A DNA stretch of 64,000 nucleotides, taken from the NCBI GenBank assembly GCA_022709735.1, contig JAKLIG010000001.1, forward strand, positions 128,586 to 192,585, read 5' to 3'. Position numbers and translations under genes: made by a program. Every line of letters starts with the position of its first letter. The stretch's first letter is position 1. Below are positions 17,966-26,224 of the stretch, piece by piece. This DNA is from Patescibacteria group bacterium. GTDB taxonomy: Bacteria; Patescibacteriota; Minisyncoccia; Moranbacterales; UBA2206. Below the pieces are notes generated by a model, which was not told where the DNA came from, made no database searches, and saw only the letters and a list, made by a program, of their open reading frames with translations.

Positions 17966-18421
17966 ATGAATGAAGTAGAAATTTTTAATCATCTTTTTGA
18001 AATAGCAAAAAAATCGCATGATCCGCGCGGAGTAGTATCAGCATGTCTGATTAATGGGGATGAAATTATTACTTCATCGGCCAGCGCTGATGATGGAAAG
18101 CTTCATGCTGAAGAAATTGTTATTGAAAAAGGCAAAGAGGATATAACTAATTCGACAGTATTATATTCCACGCTTGAACCATGTAGCCAGAGAAAAAACA
18201 AAGAAATTATTGATTGTACGACAGTAATAATAAATAGCGGAATAAAGAATGTGATATTCGGGGCAAAAGATCCAGAACATAGTAGCAAAACGCATAAAAG
18301 ATTGGGAGAAAAAGGAATTTCGATTAGACAAACAACCAATCCGGATATTATAAAAAAATGCGCGCAAATTTTTAACGGCACAGTTTTAGAAAAAGATGTT
18401 AAATTAAAACCAGAAGATTAA
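17966..18421 (+). CDS. CMP/dCMP-type zinc deaminase domain protein
   Basis: HAEE ... LEPCSQR...C zinc-ligand pattern. Confidence 0.45.
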   Translation: MNEVEIFNHLFEIAKKSHDPRGVVSACLINGDEIITSSASADDGKLHAEEIVIEKGKEDITNSTVLYSTLEPCSQRKNKEIIDCTTVIINSGIKNVIFGAKDPEHSSKTHKRLGEKGISIRQTTNPDIIKKCAQIFNGTVLEKDVKLKPED

Positions 18422-18433
18422 TTGTAAAATAAC

Positions 18434-18465
18434 ATTCTCATATTCTGCAGAATGTCAGAATATTA
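18434..18465. repeat. Composite palindrome, ATTCTGCAGAAT core with flanking ATTCT/AGAAT half-sites (copy 1)
   Basis: cattctcatattctgcagaatgtcagaatatt; related copies at 21669-21694 and 22032-22071. Confidence 0.75.
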
Positions 18466-18477
18466 TTTTAAAATACT

Positions 18478-18582
18478 ATGAAAATTTTAATTGCGTTTTA
18501 TTCAAGAACCGAGACGACCAAGAAAGTCGGCGAGATGATTGCGGAAAAGTTTAAGGACGCAATTATTCCCCAACCTGCTTAA
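18478..18582 (+). pseudogene. Flavodoxin N-terminal fragment (34 codons) followed by terminator
   Basis: MKILIAFYSRTETTKKVGEMIAEKF matches flavodoxin/WrbA N-terminus but stops after 34 aa; hairpin aacctgc-ttaatt-gcaggtttttt at 18568-18596. Confidence 0.4.
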
Positions 18583-18645
18583 TTTGCAGGTTTTTTAAAA
18601 TTGTGGTGTAATAAAATAAGTAAAAAATTAAAATAAAAACCTGCT

Positions 18646-18993
18646 TTGGGCAAAAGTTTTTTGTTTATAAAATTTTTGCAGGAAGTTGGGGAGAAAAAAG
18701 GTATGTGTTCATATATAAATTGTTTTAGCGATTTATCAGCGCTAGTGTTTTTTTTGATTATTACTTTTATTATAGCAATGTTTGTTTTTTTTAAGTTTAA
18801 AAATTTGATTTTATCAATAACTTGCGCTTCCATAATAGTTAATTTATTTTTTATTCTTTTAACTCTTTCCAGATCGCTTATTTTTTTTGAATATCATGTT
18901 GAATGGTTTCAATACTTTTCTCTTATTTTTTGGCCAATAATAAATATTTATCTAATTATTAAATATTTCAAAAACAAAAATGAAAAACAATAA
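18646..18993 (+). CDS. Small membrane protein (3 TM), hypothetical
   Basis: 115-aa ORF overlapping start of downstream large gene; hydrophobic; competes with antisense ORF 18579-18833. Confidence 0.3.
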   Translation: MGKSFLFIKFLQEVGEKKGMCSYINCFSDLSALVFFLIITFIIAMFVFFKFKNLILSITCASIIVNLFFILLTLSRSLIFFEYHVEWFQYFSLIFWPIINIYLIIKYFKNKNEKQ

Positions 18994-21610
18994 AATAACG
19001 CTAGTTATATTTCTATCAATTCTAATTTCCCTAGCGCCTATCCCGCTAAAAAATTCATTAGTTTTTTCCGAAGAAAATTATACTGAAATAAGCGAAAACA
19101 TAGAAATCGTCGAATTAATGGAAATTCCTGTTGGAACAACTACGGTTATAAAAAAAGGTATAACTGTTTCCATGAATAATGCTTCAATCAAGATCGAAGG
19201 AAATTTAATTGTAAAAGGAACGCTAAATGATTTGGTAAAAATAAAAAAAACTGGTAATGATCCTTTTCACTTTATAGTTATGCCAGGCGGAAATTTAGAA
19301 ATGTCCAATGTGGAAGTGGACGGGGGCGGATCAGCTGTTTATCCTTGTGATGAAGAAAATCCGGAAATGGAAGCTATGCGGGGAGCAGTGGATGTGGTTG
19401 GGGGAAAATTCACCGGTCAAAATGTAAATTTTCATGATAATGTCGTTGCTGTTTCAATAGCAGGCAATGGTTCGTCAGTCAAGGTTAATCGTTCCAAATT
19501 TTTGAATAATTTTCAATATGAAGTTTTCCAAAGTGGCAATCCTAGTTTAGCCGATTTTCGTTATAATTGGTGGGGCAATCCAAATGGTCCAATTCAAAAT
19601 TGCGAGATATATAATGCTTGCTGGCCTATTTCTGGAAACGTCGATTCTTCTAGCTGGCTTTTGGAGCCGGACTTTAGGGACCCGGTGATTATTGTGCCGG
19701 GAATTTTGGGATCATGGAAAATAACCGATGGCGGGAAATGGAAACTTGATCCTATCTTCAAAACCTATGATACTTTGTATAAAACTTTCAAAGAAAATGG
19801 ATATGAAGAAGGCAAAGATTTATTTGCTTTTCCGTATCAATGGCGCGATAGTAATGTCAATAATGCTGTTTTGTTAAAACAAAAAATTCAAGAAATAAAA
19901 ACAGCAAATAATTGGCCAAAAGTTGACATCGTAGCTCATTCAATGGGTGGGCTTTTGACAAGAGAATATATTGAATCAGAAAATTATCAAGACGATGTCG
20001 ACCAGCTAGTTTTACTTGGAACTCCCAACGCTGGAGCGCCTGAAGATTATTTAATGTGGGAAGGAGGAAAAAATCCTCCTTCTAGTTCAGCTATAGCAGA
20101 TTTATTCTTTAAGCTTATTTTTAAGCAAGAAGCTAAAGAGGCGGGTTTTAGTAGTATTTTTGAGTATTTGCATAAACAGCCGATAAAATCTGTTCAAGAA
20201 CTTCTTCCTAATTATGATTATTTATATGATATTGAATCGAAAAAAATGCGATCATACGCGAATAATGAACATTATCCCAAAAATATTTTTTTAGATAAGT
20301 TGAATCTTATCGAGAATGCCAGAAAAATGAATTCAGTAATAGTGACGAACATCACAGGAAAGTTGTCGGAAAATAAGACAATAAAAAAAATTAAAGTTGA
20401 AAAACCTTCGGTTGATGAAAATTCCCTTTGGGCGCATGGATATCCTAAAGGTTTTGATTCGCTTTCCGGAGATCACGGTTTAGAATATGGAGCGGGGGAT
20501 GGTACTGTTCCAAAAGAGTCATCGGAGAATATTCTTTCAGATGAACAAATAGAAACAAACTTTGCTCATTCTGATCTACCAGGAAAAACAGCGAAAACTG
20601 TTTTCAAAGAATTGACTGGAAATTCTGTTCAAGAAGAAGTTCCTTTTATTGGAACATATGAAATTCTTATTCTTTCTGCTTTCTCTCCCATCGATATTCA
20701 AATAATTTCTCCTTCCGGAAAAAAGGTTGGGAAAAATTTTGAAACAGGAGGAATATACGATGAAATTGACGGCGCTTATTATACCGGATTTGATACAGAC
20801 AATGAATTTTTGACTATTCCTAATCCGGAAGACGGAGAATATAAAATTCTAACGGAAGGGACGGGGGATGGCGAATATAAAATTGAAGCGACGAAAATTT
20901 CCGAAGATGAAAATAATCCGGAAAATGTTGCGGAATCAATAGTTAGCATGACCGGAACAGCCGAAGATGGAGTGCAAGAAGAAAAAACCGTAGAAGTTTC
21001 CGGTAATGAAGTAACGAGTGGCGGAGATCAATATATTGTGGGACCTAAGATCAATATTGTTTCTCCAAAAGAAAAAATATATTTAAATAACCAAATAATG
21101 AGAATACTATATTTCATAGAAGGTGATATATTTTTAACAAGTAAAGTAGAAAAAAAATTATATTATGATGGAAAAGAACTTAAAGATTCCAAAATAAATT
21201 TATATCTTGAGTCTATTGGCGAACATGTTGTGAAAATTACGGCCAAAGACGAAGCGCAAAATTTATCCGAAAAAGAAGTGAGATTTCAGCTCACAACCGA
21301 CATCGATACATTTATTAAGAATCTAGATTATTATCAAAAGAATAATCTAATCAAGAATTATCCTGGGAAAATGGCGATAAAAAAACCGCTTAATGAAATA
21401 AAAAATGATTTCAGAAAGATAGAATCGATAAAAAAGAAGAAAAAGTTAAGCGCGGGAGAAAAAGAAATGCTGATTGGCGTTGTAAAAGAATCAATTAATT
21501 CCAAAATCGATCTTCTCATTGAATATGTTGAAAAAAATGAAAATCACGCCATTTCAAAAAAGGGACAAATTTTGTTTATTGAACTTCTAAATGAAATCCG
21601 ACCGGAATAG
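18980..21610 (+). CDS. Secreted multidomain alpha/beta-hydrolase (lipase/LCAT/PGAP1-like) with N-terminal parallel beta-helix region
   Basis: N-terminal signal/anchor; repetitive beta-helix-like segment; DPVIIVPGILGSW ... AHSMGG nucleophile elbow; C-terminal beta-sandwich-like region. Confidence 0.5.
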   Translation: MKNNKITLVIFLSILISLAPIPLKNSLVFSEENYTEISENIEIVELMEIPVGTTTVIKKGITVSMNNASIKIEGNLIVKGTLNDLVKIKKTGNDPFHFIVMPGGNLEMSNVEVDGGGSAVYPCDEENPEMEAMRGAVDVVGGKFTGQNVNFHDNVVAVSIAGNGSSVKVNRSKFLNNFQYEVFQSGNPSLADFRYNWWGNPNGPIQNCEIYNACWPISGNVDSSSWLLEPDFRDPVIIVPGILGSWKITDGGKWKLDPIFKTYDTLYKTFKENGYEEGKDLFAFPYQWRDSNVNNAVLLKQKIQEIKTANNWPKVDIVAHSMGGLLTREYIESENYQDDVDQLVLLGTPNAGAPEDYLMWEGGKNPPSSSAIADLFFKLIFKQEAKEAGFSSIFEYLHKQPIKSVQELLPNYDYLYDIESKKMRSYANNEHYPKNIFLDKLNLIENARKMNSVIVTNITGKLSENKTIKKIKVEKPSVDENSLWAHGYPKGFDSLSGDHGLEYGAGDGTVPKESSENILSDEQIETNFAHSDLPGKTAKTVFKELTGNSVQEEVPFIGTYEILILSAFSPIDIQIISPSGKKVGKNFETGGIYDEIDGAYYTGFDTDNEFLTIPNPEDGEYKILTEGTGDGEYKIEATKISEDENNPENVAESIVSMTGTAEDGVQEEKTVEVSGNEVTSGGDQYIVGPKINIVSPKEKIYLNNQIMRILYFIEGDIFLTSKVEKKLYYDGKELKDSKINLYLESIGEHVVKITAKDEAQNLSEKEVRFQLTTDIDTFIKNLDYYQKNNLIKNYPGKMAIKKPLNEIKNDFRKIESIKKKKKLSAGEKEMLIGVVKESINSKIDLLIEYVEKNENHAISKKGQILFIELLNEIRPE

Positions 21611-21668
21611 ATACTAGCGTTATATCGATAAATGTTATCTTCACAATTAAAATTTATTATATGCAACG

Positions 21669-21694
21669 TTCTCATATTCTGCAGAATATGAGAA
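21669..21694. repeat. 26-bp perfect palindrome TTCTCATATTCTGCAGAATATGAGAA (copy 2)
   Basis: Perfect palindrome 55 bp after hydrolase stop and about 50 bp before ArsR-like gene start. Confidence 0.8.
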
Positions 21695-21744
21695 TATTAC
21701 TATGTTGAATATTTAAATTATTAATAAAAATAAATTACAAAAAA

Positions 21745-22044
21745 ATGCTTGCTAAAAAACGCAAATTTCAAAAAAATGTCAAAACCCCAAAACAAATGGA
21801 GCGACATTTGAAAGGCGTGGCTAACCATAGGCGGATTGAAATACTTTTTCTAATTGCTAGAGAAGAAGGAATCACATTAGATGGTATTTGCGAAGATTTA
21901 AGCTGTAATGTTAAAACTATTTCTGAACATACTAAAAAATTAGTTCAGGCGGGATTGGTAAATAAAAACTACAAAGGTAGGGAAGTGAAGCATTCTCTTT
22001 CTCCATACGGCAAACGCTTTCTAAAATTCATACAAACATTCTGA
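21745..22044 (+). CDS. ArsR/SmtB-family winged-helix transcriptional regulator
   Basis: HRRIEILFLI ... TISEHTKKLVQAGLV HTH pattern; 99 aa. Confidence 0.6.
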   Translation: MLAKKRKFQKNVKTPKQMERHLKGVANHRRIEILFLIAREEGITLDGICEDLSCNVKTISEHTKKLVQAGLVNKNYKGREVKHSLSPYGKRFLKFIQTF

Positions 22045-22071
22045 CATTCTGCAGAATATCAGAATGTTTGT
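22032..22071. repeat. 40-bp near-perfect palindrome ACAAACATTCTGACATTCTGCAGAATATCAGAATGTTTGT (copy 3) overlapping regulator stop codon
   Basis: 13-bp perfect outer arms plus ATTCTGCAGAAT core. Confidence 0.8.
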
Positions 22072-22186
22072 ATATTTAAATTATTGTTTAAATCTTTAAA
22101 TGAATAATAGAATTGTTATTTTATAAAAGTGGTTTTTTGGGAAAATATCGGGTATAATATGGTTAATAAATATAACACTTAAATTT

Positions 22187-22492
22187 ATGCGAAAAAAACT
22201 TATAATCCAAAGCCTTCTATTGTCCTTGGGAGAAATAATTTATCTTTTGTTTTTATCTTTGCTTATGAGCAATGACAAATTTTTTGCAAATGAACATAAC
22301 TCCATGATTTCTTTTATCGTTGTTCTTTTGCTTTTTGTTTTTTCAGCAGCGGTAAGTGGAGCATTTGTATTGGGAAAGCCAGCCATGCTATTTTTGGAAG
22401 GCAAGAAAAAAGAAGCGATGGAACTTTTTAGCTACATTCTTGGCTGGATGCTGATATTTCTAGTTGTTTTATTTCTTACATTTGCATTTTAA
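22187..22492 (+). CDS. Small membrane protein (3 TM), hypothetical
   Basis: 101 aa, hydrophobic; TATAAT-like box at about 22155. Confidence 0.4.
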   Translation: MRKKLIIQSLLLSLGEIIYLLFLSLLMSNDKFFANEHNSMISFIVVLLLFVFSAAVSGAFVLGKPAMLFLEGKKKEAMELFSYILGWMLIFLVVLFLTFAF

Positions 22493-22514
22493 TAATTTTT
22501 TAACCTAAAAAACT

Positions 22515-22865
22515 ATGTCAAAGGAAATTGTGAAAGACAAAAATTTAATCGCTTTTTGCGGACTGTATTGTGGAGCGTGCAAGCGATATCTCGCCGAAAA
22601 ATGCCCAGGATGCCAAAAAAACGAGAAAGCTAGCTGGTGCGGAATACGAAAATGTTGCATGGCGAATAATTATTCCAATTGCGCAGCTTGCCGAAAATTC
22701 CAAGATGTCAATGAGTGCAAAGATTTCAACAATTTTTTCTCCAAACTTTTCGGTTTCATTTTCCGATCAAACAGAAAAGCTTGTATTTGCAGAATAAAAG
22801 AAGTTGGCGAAGAAAAATTTGCTTCGGAGATGGCGGAAAAAAAGACACATTCGATAAAAAGATAA
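22515..22865 (+). CDS. Cys-rich DUF3795-like protein
   Basis: CGLYCGACKRY...CPGCQ...CGIRKCC...CAAC cysteine spacing typical of DUF3795. Confidence 0.5.
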   Translation: MSKEIVKDKNLIAFCGLYCGACKRYLAEKCPGCQKNEKASWCGIRKCCMANNYSNCAACRKFQDVNECKDFNNFFSKLFGFIFRSNRKACICRIKEVGEEKFASEMAEKKTHSIKR

Positions 22866-22885
22866 TTAATAAATTTTTAAATACT

Positions 22886-23530
22886 ATGCTTAAAAAAACA
22901 TTATTAATGACAGTTGTTATTTTTGCGGTTGTGGCGCTCTCCGGTTGTGGCGCAAGAAACGGAGATGGTGATGCGTCAAAAGCAGATAATAAAACAGCCA
23001 GCAATGTAAGTGGTCCGTGCAAAGAAGAAAAAGTGGAAATTCCAAATTATGGCGACAAAGGCAAAAGACTCAAAAATTGTTTTGTAGAATATCCTGGCGA
23101 ACCATCGCGCCAAGACAAAAGTTATTATATTGTTGAAGATATTTGCGGGCAGTTCACCAAGGAGTTTGTGGAAAATGCGTTGGGTCAAAAAATAATAAAA
23201 ACCGAACCGCCAAAAATTGCCAGTCTGTACAATTGCACCTATTATCTTGATGAAAAGGAATACCTGCTTTTTAACCTCGAATATCTTAAGATTGAAAATC
23301 AAAAAAAGTTTTATGAGGAATTTGGAGACAAAATAGAAAAGAGTCCAGAAATCCCGATGGAAAATTTAGTCTTGTATAAAGGACCAAAAGCAGTAAATGG
23401 CACAGTTTATTTGGTTTTGGGTCCGGAAAAATTTATCTCCATTACTCCAAGTTCGATGAATGTTGCAGAAAAGGTAAATTTAATTGGTGCTGCTGCTAAA
23501 ATCGGAGAAGCGATAAAGAAATATAAATAA
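22886..23530 (+). CDS. Lipoprotein, unknown function
   Basis: Signal peptide MLKKTLLMTVVIFAVVALSGC with lipobox; start moved to ATG 22886 (track ORF 22715 has implausible N-terminal extension overlapping DUF3795 gene). Confidence 0.5.
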   Translation: MLKKTLLMTVVIFAVVALSGCGARNGDGDASKADNKTASNVSGPCKEEKVEIPNYGDKGKRLKNCFVEYPGEPSRQDKSYYIVEDICGQFTKEFVENALGQKIIKTEPPKIASLYNCTYYLDEKEYLLFNLEYLKIENQKKFYEEFGDKIEKSPEIPMENLVLYKGPKAVNGTVYLVLGPEKFISITPSSMNVAEKVNLIGAAAKIGEAIKKYK

Positions 23531-23559
23531 AAATTAGCTTATTTCAGCGTTTTTACCTT

Positions 23560-23579
23560 CGCATCAAAATTTTGATGCG
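23560..23579 (+). terminator. Palindromic hairpin CGCATCAAAATTTTGATGCG (terminator-like)
   Basis: 20-bp perfect palindrome 30 bp after lipoprotein stop, followed by gggtttacttttt. Confidence 0.5.
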
Positions 23580-23697
23580 GGGGTTTACTTTTTGCCCTCT
23601 TGATACTATACTGATATCAGCAAGTTATCGAAAATATTGTCCTTTGAAACGAATACTTTTAGGAAGCTCAAAAAACTACACTAAGGAGGTGAATAAT

Positions 23698-23928
23698 ATG
23701 GGCGATAACTATTGGATCGCTACAGACCAGATTAAGAAAAGGTTGGGAGGAAAAAATCCGAAGTGTCCCACATGCGGAGGGGAAATGTTTCCACAAGATG
23801 ACCACGGTAGATTCACTTGCTTTAGCTGTCCTGGGCGGCCAGATACCAATCTGGCAAGTTTTTCCAGATTATCATTAAAAAAAGGAAAGTTGGGAATTCA
23901 AAAACCAGGAGAAACGGAAAAACCGTGA
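23698..23928 (+). CDS. Small zinc-ribbon protein (76 aa)
   Basis: Strong SD AAGGAGGTG 8 nt before ATG 23698; CPTCGG...CFSCPG two Cys pairs; locally elevated GC. Confidence 0.5.
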   Translation: MGDNYWIATDQIKKRLGGKNPKCPTCGGEMFPQDDHGRFTCFSCPGRPDTNLASFSRLSLKKGKLGIQKPGETEKP

Positions 23929-24046
23929 CTATTGCAAATAAACAATTGATAACGGGAAAGAGTATATAAATACTACTTTCCCACTTCCTAAAAGCATTTG
24001 TTTTGCTGGTTTATTAGTCAGCAAATTAACTATTTAAGTAAAACCT

Positions 24047-24649
24047 ATGTCAGAAATATTAGAAAGTCTTTTTGGTTCCAAAGAACGCGCTCGGCTTTTG
24101 CGCTTTTTTCTGCAAAATCCAGAACCGATTTTCAGTTTTTCCGAAATCGTCAAAAAAAATATGCTTAAATCCGGCAAAGCCAGAAATGAGCTGGCCAATT
24201 TAGCCAAGATAAGATTTGTTCTTAGAAGAACCAAAGGCGGAAAAACTTTTTATCAGCTGAACCAAGATTTCAATTTTTATCCGGAACTAAAAAATTTAAT
24301 TGCTAAATCGAATGTTTATCCGCAATGCCAAAGTCTTTCAAAAGTCGGAAAAATCGGAAACATCAAACTCGCTGTGATTAGCGGAGTGTTTATCAATTAT
24401 GCTAAAAGCAAAGCGGATATGATAATTGTTGGAGACGCAGTGAGCAAGGCCAAGCTCAAAAATCTTATGAGCGGATTGGAAGCGGAAATCGGAAAAGAAA
24501 TAAATTTTATGCTTATGACGATGGATGAATTCAAATACCGCCTCAATATGCTGGATAAATTTATTTTGGAATTTTTGGAAGGTCCACACGAGGAAGTGAT
24601 TAATAAAATTCAGGGACTGAAAAGATTTATCGCGCAGAGAAAATTGTAA
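24047..24649 (+). CDS. Hypothetical protein with N-terminal winged-helix-like region
   Basis: ERARLLRFFLQNPEPIFSFSEIVKK resembles wHTH; remainder unrecognised. Confidence 0.35.
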   Translation: MSEILESLFGSKERARLLRFFLQNPEPIFSFSEIVKKNMLKSGKARNELANLAKIRFVLRRTKGGKTFYQLNQDFNFYPELKNLIAKSNVYPQCQSLSKVGKIGNIKLAVISGVFINYAKSKADMIIVGDAVSKAKLKNLMSGLEAEIGKEINFMLMTMDEFKYRLNMLDKFILEFLEGPHEEVINKIQGLKRFIAQRKL

Positions 24650-24651
24650 AT

Positions 24652-24669
24652 TTACGAACTACGAAATTA
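24652..24669. repeat. TTACGAACTACGAAATTA 18-mer (copy 3 of mraZ-operator-like repeat) plus TACGAAA unit
   Basis: Exact 18-mer shared with 8420-8437 and 9510-9527, in spacer before rmuC. Confidence 0.8.
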
Positions 24670-24695
24670 GCGAAATACGAAATTTGTAAAAAAAC

Positions 24696-25784
24696 ATGCT
24701 TTATACACTTTTAACTATACTAATTTTAATAATTGCAGTTTTGCTGTTTTTTGTTTTTGATATGCGCAAAAAAATGGATGGAAGCAAAGAAAATGAAAAA
24801 TCAGTGGCGATTTTGGAGCGTTTGTCTATGATGGCTGAACAAAATCGCGATCTTCGCCGGACGATAGATTCCAAGCTTTCTGAAACTCATCGCGCGACCC
24901 AAGAACAATTGGGCCAATCAATGAGAGTGGCGCAGGGGATTGCCAATCAGTCGGTCAAATCAATTTCTGATATAACTGAAAAACTCACTAAGCTTGAAGA
25001 AACAAACAAGCAGGTGGTCAATTTTTCGGCGCAACTTCAAAATTTGCAGGATATTTTGAAAAATCCAAAGCAAAGGGGAGTGCTGGGCGAATATTTTTTG
25101 GAAGAAACTTTGAAAAATGTTTTGCCGCCAAATTCATACCAAATGCAATATGCTTTCAAGGACGGTTCGATTGTGGACGCGGTGGTTTTTGTTAAAAAGA
25201 AAATTATTCCGGTTGATTCCAAATTTTCCTTGGAAAATTATGAAAAAATTATAAACTGCAAAGACATTATAGAAAAAGAAAAACTAGAAAAACTTTTCAA
25301 GCAAGATTTGAAAAATAGAATTGACGAAACTTCAAAATATATCAAGCCGGAAGAAGACACGATGGATTTTGCTTTTATGTTTATTCCATCCGAAGCGATT
25401 TATTATGATCTTCTGATAAACAAAATTGGAGCAGTGCAAGTTAATACGCGCGATCTCATTGAATATGCTTTTCGCGACAAAAAAGTCATCATTGTTTCCC
25501 CAACCTCATTTTTAGCTTATCTTCAAACTGTGCTTCAGGGGCTTCGGGCGCTTCAGATCGAAGAAAGCGCCAAGCAGATTCGAACTAATGTTGAAAAACT
25601 AGGAAAACACCTGATTTCTTATGAAGAATTTTTGAAAAAAATGGGCAATAGTTTGGGAACAACTGTGAGTCATTTCAATTCAGCTCACAAGGAATTTGAA
25701 AAAATCGACAAAGATATTGCGAGAATCACGGAAGGAGAAAAAAATATCGAGCCGTTAGTTTTGGAAAAGCCTAAAGAGGAGTAA
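24696..25784 (+). CDS. rmuC: DNA recombination protein RmuC
   Basis: N-terminal TM plus coiled coil, GEYFLEETLKNVLP and FAFMFIPSEAIYYDLL RmuC-type motifs. Confidence 0.7.
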   Translation: MLYTLLTILILIIAVLLFFVFDMRKKMDGSKENEKSVAILERLSMMAEQNRDLRRTIDSKLSETHRATQEQLGQSMRVAQGIANQSVKSISDITEKLTKLEETNKQVVNFSAQLQNLQDILKNPKQRGVLGEYFLEETLKNVLPPNSYQMQYAFKDGSIVDAVVFVKKKIIPVDSKFSLENYEKIINCKDIIEKEKLEKLFKQDLKNRIDETSKYIKPEEDTMDFAFMFIPSEAIYYDLLINKIGAVQVNTRDLIEYAFRDKKVIIVSPTSFLAYLQTVLQGLRALQIEESAKQIRTNVEKLGKHLISYEEFLKKMGNSLGTTVSHFNSAHKEFEKIDKDIARITEGEKNIEPLVLEKPKEE

Positions 25785-25803
25785 GAATTAGGAATTATGC
25801 AGT

Positions 25804-26220
25804 ATGAATTATGAAATGCAAAAAGAAAATGATACCGGCAAGAAAGGCTTGATTTCTAGATTCAAGCTTTTTTTCAATAATGATTTTTTCAAAAATCATA
25901 TCATTCTTTGGCTTTTGGTTTTCAACTTTCTGGCTAATTTGGCAAACTGGTTGGTCTTGGCGATTTTCATAAACAAATCCGAAGGGGATATAATCTTGCA
26001 TTATAATGTATATTTCGGTGTGGATAATTTTGGAAATTGGAAACAGGTTTTTTTGATGCCGGCTATCGGCCTGTTTTTGTTTCTAGTTAATTTTCAGCTG
26101 TCATTTTTTTTCTATAAGAATAAAGAAAGAATCGCGAGCTATACTTTGCTTCTGGCATCACTCATGGCTCAACTAAGCTTGATAATTGCCGCAGTTAGTG
26201 TTATACTAATAAACTATTAA
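25804..26220 (+). CDS. Membrane protein (4 TM), hypothetical
   Basis: 138 aa hydrophobic ORF preceding GT2 gene. Confidence 0.4.
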   Translation: MNYEMQKENDTGKKGLISRFKLFFNNDFFKNHIILWLLVFNFLANLANWLVLAIFINKSEGDIILHYNVYFGVDNFGNWKQVFLMPAIGLFLFLVNFQLSFFFYKNKERIASYTLLLASLMAQLSLIIAAVSVILINY

Positions 26221-26224
26221 TATT

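Noticed and set aside
18579-18833. Minus-strand 84-aa ORF
   Set aside because: Overlaps the flavodoxin-fragment terminator and the plus-strand small membrane ORF; no start signal; likely an AT-rich frame artefact.
22570-22797. Overlapping alternative-frame ORFs inside the DUF3795 gene and the long 22715 N-terminal extension
   Set aside because: The frame with the Cys-rich DUF3795 pattern and the signal-peptide start at 22886 explain the region; the others lack motifs.
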